Shown one piece after another: positions 59,156 to 64,000 of a stretch of DNA of 64,000 nucleotides. The number at the start of each line of letters is the position of its first letter. Position 1 is the first letter of the stretch. Below the pieces are notes generated by a model. The model did no database searches. It saw only the letters and a list, made by a program, of their open reading frames with translations, and was not told where the DNA came from. The translations under genes were made by a program, and so were the position numbers. Origin of the DNA: Gemmatimonadaceae bacterium (GTDB lineage: Bacteria > Gemmatimonadota > Gemmatimonadetes > Gemmatimonadales > Gemmatimonadaceae); contig JBHYGA010000009.1 in NCBI GenBank assembly GCA_051859245.1, positions 38,767-102,766 on the forward strand, read 5' to 3'.

Positions 59156-62005
59156 ATGATGTCACCAGCAGCCCTTCGCGTCGCGCAGAACATGCGTGAG
59201 GCCGTTTCGTTCGTATGCGCACCAACGCGTGTAGTGTTCGGCGCCGCGGCAGCCATGTTGCTGCTGTGTTCTGTGGCTGCGGCCGACGCGCAGCAACTCC
59301 CGATTCCGCAGTCGCTCGCCGCGGACACGTTACGCGATGATCGCAACTTTTCATTCACGGCACGCGGTCCGTATCGCGCCTCCGTTCCCACACCAGCGTC
59401 GCTGCTTGGCTACGAGATCGGCGCGCGCAACACGCAATACAGCGACCAGCAGCGCGTGTTAACCGCGATCGCACAGGCGGCGCCGGATCGCGTGCGAGCG
59501 GAACCGATCGGCATCACCGCAGAAGGCCGCCGCATGCAGGTGTTTCTGGTGTCGTCACCCGAGAACATTGCGCGACTCGACGAGATTCGCCGCGACCTTG
59601 ATCGCATTGCCGATCCGCGGGGCGCATCGGCGAGTGAGCTTGATGCAGCGGCCGCGCGCGTGCCCGCGGTCGTCTGGATTTCCGAAAGCATTCACGGCAA
59701 CGAATCTCCGGGCTTTGAAAGTGCGATGGCGCTGTTGTATCAGCTCGCCGCGAGCAATGAGCCGGCCACTGTGGCCATGCTGCGTAATACCCTGCTGGTC
59801 CTGAATCCGGCGGCCAATCCGGATGGCCACGAACGGTTCACCGTGTGGTATCACTCGGTGGCCATGGCGAACCCCGACAACGGCGCGTTCGAGCACGCCG
59901 AACCGTGGAGCATTCAGGGTCGTTTCAATCACTTTCGCTTTGACATGAATCGCGATCTGATCGCGATCACGCAGCGTGAAAGTCAGGCGATGACAGGCGC
60001 CATGTTGCGCTGGCATCCCATGATTGCGGTGGATCAGCACGGACACACCGTCAACTATTTCTTTCCGCCGGCGGCACGCCCGATCAACGATCAGATGCGT
60101 CCGGAAGCGCGAAAGTGGCTCGATGTGATTGGCAAAGCCAATGCCGATGCGTTCGACGCGTACGGATGGATGTATTTCGTACGCAGCGATTTCGACTTGT
60201 ACTATCCCGGATACTTTGACACCTGGCCGTCGCTGACCGGCGCAACGGGCATGACGTTCGAGACGGATGGCGGCGGATGGAAGGGACTGCTCTGGGAGCG
60301 TGAAGACGGTTCGTTGCTTTCGCACCGCGATGGTGTGGCCAAACATTTTGTGACCGCGATGGCGACACTCGAAGCCACCGGCGCGCGCCACACGGAGCGT
60401 GTGCGTGATTATCTCGCCGCGCGCCAGGGCGCCATCAGTGACGGTCGCACGGACAAGTTGCGCCGAGTGGTGTTCGTACCGGGCAATGATCCGGCGCGCG
60501 CTGCCGAGTTGGCGGCGGCATTGCTTCGCTCGGGCATTGAAGTGAAGCGCACCACAGCCGCGTTTACATCACCGAAAACACACGCCTACGCCGACGACGC
60601 GGTGAGTTCGCGTCAGTTTGCGGCCGGCGCCTACGTGGTTGATCTCGACCAACCGCAGGGCAAACTGGCGCGCAGCATTCTTGAGCCGTCACCCACAATG
60701 GACTCGGTGTTCGTGCGCACTCAGCTGGAGCGATTTGCGCGCAATCAGCGACGCGGTGATGGTGGCACCAGCGAAGGGTACGAGTTTTATGACGTCACGG
60801 CGTGGTCGTTGCCCGTGGCGTACGGCGTGGAATCGTACTGGACCGAGGATGCCGGCGCGGTCGCATCGGAAATGCTGGTGAAGGCAACAGAAGGACGCAC
60901 CGTGAACGGCGAACGATTGCCGGTGGCGATTGCGAGTGGTATTGCCAACAATGCACGCGCTCGCAGTGCATATCTGTTTACCTCAGACCAGACGGGCGCC
61001 CGAGCGGTTGCGGCCCACTTGCTCACGCGCGGATTCCGCGTGGCGGTTGGTGATCGTGCGTTTGAAGCCGGTGGAAAACAGTGGCCGCGGGGCACGTACG
61101 TCGTGCGCGTGTCGCGCAACACGGCCGCGCTGCACGATTCGTTGCACGCCATCGCGGAACGACACGGCGTACTCGCGCATGCGGTGAACAGCGCAATGAC
61201 CGAAGAAAGTCAGTTTGGTATTGGCGACGGATCCGTGACCAGCCTGGAGCGTCCGCGCATTGCCGTGGTTGGCGACGAAGGGGTGAGCCAGACCAGCTTC
61301 GGCGCCCTGTGGTGGACACTCGAAGAACGGTATGCCCTGCCCTTCACACACGTGGGCTGGAATCGGCTCGGCGATCTCTCGCGCTTCAATGTGCTGATCA
61401 TTCCGGATGCTTCAGCGGGTGTGCTCTCAAGCCGACTCGGCAAGGGCGACGCCATTCGCGCGTGGGTGCAAAACGGTGGCACGCTGATCACGTTTGGTGA
61501 TGCCTCGCAGTGGGCGGCGCGCGAAGACGTGAATCTCACATCGTCGCGTCGTAACACGACGACGGGTGCGCGCAGCGATTCTGCCGCACGCGCGGCACTG
61601 GCCAGCAGCGACGAAATTGGCGTCACCAGCCCAGGGGCCAACCCGGCCGCATTGCAGTCGTTCCCGGGCGGGCACTACGATGTAGTCCTCGACCGCACGC
61701 ACTGGCTCACCTTTGGACAGGAATCGGCCCGCATGACGGCCCTGTTCGGTGGGCGCAGCACGCTGGCGTTGGCCAAGACCGGCACGAACGTGGCGGTCTT
61801 CGCGCCCACTGGGCAGTTGCACCGGGCGGGTTTTACGTTTCCTGAGAACACCGAACGCGCACTTCGTAACAGTGCGCTGGTACTCGAAGAACCCGTTGGC
61901 GCTGGCCACGCGGTACTTTTCGGCAATGATCCGACGTTTCGTGGCTGGTGGCGCGCGTTCGATCGGCTGTTGCTGAATGCCATCGTGCTCGGCCCCTCAT
62001 TCTGA
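59156..62005 (+). CDS. M14 family zinc carboxypeptidase-like protein, secreted
   Basis: IHGNE, NPDGHER, GRFNH..FDMNRD, DQHG. C-terminal class-I GATase-like domain. Confidence 0.88.
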   Translation: MMSPAALRVAQNMREAVSFVCAPTRVVFGAAAAMLLLCSVAAADAQQLPIPQSLAADTLRDDRNFSFTARGPYRASVPTPASLLGYEIGARNTQYSDQQRVLTAIAQAAPDRVRAEPIGITAEGRRMQVFLVSSPENIARLDEIRRDLDRIADPRGASASELDAAAARVPAVVWISESIHGNESPGFESAMALLYQLAASNEPATVAMLRNTLLVLNPAANPDGHERFTVWYHSVAMANPDNGAFEHAEPWSIQGRFNHFRFDMNRDLIAITQRESQAMTGAMLRWHPMIAVDQHGHTVNYFFPPAARPINDQMRPEARKWLDVIGKANADAFDAYGWMYFVRSDFDLYYPGYFDTWPSLTGATGMTFETDGGGWKGLLWEREDGSLLSHRDGVAKHFVTAMATLEATGARHTERVRDYLAARQGAISDGRTDKLRRVVFVPGNDPARAAELAAALLRSGIEVKRTTAAFTSPKTHAYADDAVSSRQFAAGAYVVDLDQPQGKLARSILEPSPTMDSVFVRTQLERFARNQRRGDGGTSEGYEFYDVTAWSLPVAYGVESYWTEDAGAVASEMLVKATEGRTVNGERLPVAIASGIANNARARSAYLFTSDQTGARAVAAHLLTRGFRVAVGDRAFEAGGKQWPRGTYVVRVSRNTAALHDSLHAIAERHGVLAHAVNSAMTEESQFGIGDGSVTSLERPRIAVVGDEGVSQTSFGALWWTLEERYALPFTHVGWNRLGDLSRFNVLIIPDASAGVLSSRLGKGDAIRAWVQNGGTLITFGDASQWAAREDVNLTSSRRNTTTGARSDSAARAALASSDEIGVTSPGANPAALQSFPGGHYDVVLDRTHWLTFGQESARMTALFGGRSTLALAKTGTNVAVFAPTGQLHRAGFTFPENTERALRNSALVLEEPVGAGHAVLFGNDPTFRGWWRAFDRLLLNAIVLGPSF

Positions 62006-62011
62006 TACGCA

Positions 62012-63931
62012 ATGTCATTGCCTTCATTCAGCGCACTGAGCGCCGAGCAAGCGGAGATTTTTGCACGGCACCCGCTGCCGGTGCTTGTGCTGGATGGTGA
62101 GCAGCGTGTGCGTTTTGTGAACGAAGCGGGTCGTCAGCTCTCGGAAGATCCGAACGATGATCCAACGGGACACGTGGTGTGGGACAAGTATCCGGCGCTC
62201 AAACACTCCGGATTCTATCGCGAATACGCGCGTGTTCTGCGCGATCGCGTCACGGTCTCGTTCGAGGAATATCGGCCAGAAGCACACGTGTGGTTTGCGG
62301 TCACCGCGTATCCAGCCGGCGGCGGACTGGTGGCGTTTCTGCGCGACGTCACCGAAGAAAAGCGCACGCTCGAGGATCGCCGCCGTACTGAGCAAACCAT
62401 GCGCCTCGCGCAGGAAACCGCGCGCATTGGCAGCTTTACGCGCGACCTGCGCCTGCGCCATTCGGAATGGTCGGAGCAGATGTATCGTCTGCTCGGTCTT
62501 GAACCGGGCAGCCTTGATCCCAACGCGATCGACAAGGATCCCGAGCAGAACTTTATTCATCCGGAAGATCGTGAAGCGGTGCGCGCGATGTGGAAGCGCG
62601 CTCTGCTCACGGGCAAGACCGAATCCATCCGGCACCGCGTGGTGCGTCGTGATGGGGCGGTTCGGGTGTTTGATGCGAACGTGTTGGCCGTGCTTGATCA
62701 GAACGACGAACCGGATCGCATGGTGGGAACGGTTCGTGACATCACGGATGATCTGCGCGCCGACGAAGAACGCCTGCAGCTTGAATCACAAATGCAGCAG
62801 GCGCAAAAGCTCGAATCGCTCGGCATTCTCGCTGGCGGTATCGCGCATGACTTCAACAACCTGCTCGTGGGAATTCTCGGTAACGCGTCACTCGCGTTGC
62901 TCGACTTGCCGGCCGATTCTCCAATTCGTCACAGCGTGGCCGAGATCGAACAGGCCGCGCAGCGCGCCGCAGAACTGACGCGACAGCTGCTGGCCTACGC
63001 CGGTAAAGGACGTTTTGTCGTCGAGCCGGTGGACTGCTCGCAAGTGGTGCGCGAGATGACCGCATTGTTGCGCACCGCGGTGTCAAAAAATGCGCAGATC
63101 AGCTTGTCGCTGGCCGAGGATCTGCCGTCGGTCGAAGCAGACGTCACACAACTGCGTCAGGTGGTCATGAATCTGATCACCAACGCATCTGACGCGCTGC
63201 CGGATCAGGGTGGCCTGATCTACTTGCATACGGGTCAGGTGCGCGTTGACGAGCGATACCTCGCAAGCTGCGTCGCCGGCACGGACGCACTGCCCGGGCA
63301 CTACGTGTTCGTGGAAGTCCGTGACGAAGGACGTGGCATGGATGAGGCAACACGATCGCGCATCTTCGATCCGTTCTTCACCACCAAGTTCACCGGTCGC
63401 GGACTCGGTCTCGCCGCCACGCTCGGCATCGTGCGCGGCCATCGCGGTGCCATTCGTGTGTACAGCGAGCCAGGCAAGGGCACGTCCATCAAGCTGCTCT
63501 TTCCCGCAGGTGTCGCCGTCACTCCGCGTCCCGTAGCCTCACCCACAGCGCCGTGGCGTGGCGCGGGCGAAGTGCTGGTAGTGGACGATGAGCCGAGCGT
63601 GCGCGCGGTCTCGCGTGCGCTGCTGCGCCGGCGCGGGTTCGCGGTGGCGGAAGCATCAGGTGGTCGAGAAGCGTTGGCCATGGTCAAGGCCGATCTCACG
63701 CGCTTCCGGCTGGTGCTACTCGATCTCACGATGCCGGACATGGGCGGCGAGGAAACATTCCGCGAGCTACGCAGTGTGGCGCCGCTGCTCAAGGTGATTC
63801 TGATGAGTGGGTACAACGAGCAGGAAGTGACGCGTCAGTTCGTGGGGCGCGGGCTGGCGGCGTTTCTGCAAAAGCCGTTTCGCGCCGAGGAATTGGACGC
63901 GGCGGTTCATCGCGTTATTAACGACGGTTAG
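62012..63931 (+). CDS. PAS-PAS hybrid sensor histidine kinase / response regulator
   Basis: Two PAS domains, AGGIAHDFNNLL, NLITNASDA, DEGRGM, FFTTKFTGRGLGL, receiver LVVDDE..LLDLTMP..KPF. Confidence 0.95.
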   Translation: MSLPSFSALSAEQAEIFARHPLPVLVLDGEQRVRFVNEAGRQLSEDPNDDPTGHVVWDKYPALKHSGFYREYARVLRDRVTVSFEEYRPEAHVWFAVTAYPAGGGLVAFLRDVTEEKRTLEDRRRTEQTMRLAQETARIGSFTRDLRLRHSEWSEQMYRLLGLEPGSLDPNAIDKDPEQNFIHPEDREAVRAMWKRALLTGKTESIRHRVVRRDGAVRVFDANVLAVLDQNDEPDRMVGTVRDITDDLRADEERLQLESQMQQAQKLESLGILAGGIAHDFNNLLVGILGNASLALLDLPADSPIRHSVAEIEQAAQRAAELTRQLLAYAGKGRFVVEPVDCSQVVREMTALLRTAVSKNAQISLSLAEDLPSVEADVTQLRQVVMNLITNASDALPDQGGLIYLHTGQVRVDERYLASCVAGTDALPGHYVFVEVRDEGRGMDEATRSRIFDPFFTTKFTGRGLGLAATLGIVRGHRGAIRVYSEPGKGTSIKLLFPAGVAVTPRPVASPTAPWRGAGEVLVVDDEPSVRAVSRALLRRRGFAVAEASGGREALAMVKADLTRFRLVLLDLTMPDMGGEETFRELRSVAPLLKVILMSGYNEQEVTRQFVGRGLAAFLQKPFRAEELDAAVHRVINDG

Positions 63932-63939
63932 TGCGTCGC

Positions 63940-64000
63940 GGGGGGCGGCCGTCCGGGTCGCCGCCCCGCGCAGACGTTCGGCCGGGCGCGCCGGGAGCGG
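63940..64000 (+). repeat. Long hairpin repeat, copy 4 (truncated by the window end)
   Basis: 63967-64000 is identical to the first 34 nt of the core (37585-37618). The left arm resembles the arm of copies 2/3. Confidence 0.88.

Overview
Bacterial chromosomal window with high GC. The gene repertoire (PEP-CTERM protein, Oar-like TonB receptor, IPT/M30-like lipoprotein, HEAT protein, many secreted peptidases) suggests Gemmatimonadota; this is inference only. (1) Bases 1-16.9 kb hold the tail of a surface-polysaccharide locus that looks more AT-rich by eye and has mixed gene orientation. It contains FkbM, three sugar-transfer-type ATP-grasp ligases, two GT4s, a FemAB-like transferase, a deacetylase, an O-antigen ligase/polymerase, an AsnB-like protein, a CapK-like CoA ligase, an Ig/PT-linker/lyase-like lipoprotein and an LMW-PTP. 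(2) Bases 16.9-24.8 kb hold hldD-metH, divergent from a YitJ-like HMT/MTHFR plus an HTTM/gamma-carboxylase-like gene. (3) Bases 24.9-64 kb are mostly housekeeping: peptidases, two fasciclins, PolX-PHP/nth/ppi, an ECF sigma-TolC-MacA-MacB-like operon, a TonB receptor, kup, an M14 peptidase and a hybrid kinase. The most unusual non-coding signal is a family of ~135-bp GC-rich hairpins with a near-invariant ~70-bp core and variable but self-complementary arms. Three copies lie at 37.5-38.3 kb and a fourth starts at the window's right edge. No rRNA, tRNA, CRISPR array, transposase or phage genes were recognised.
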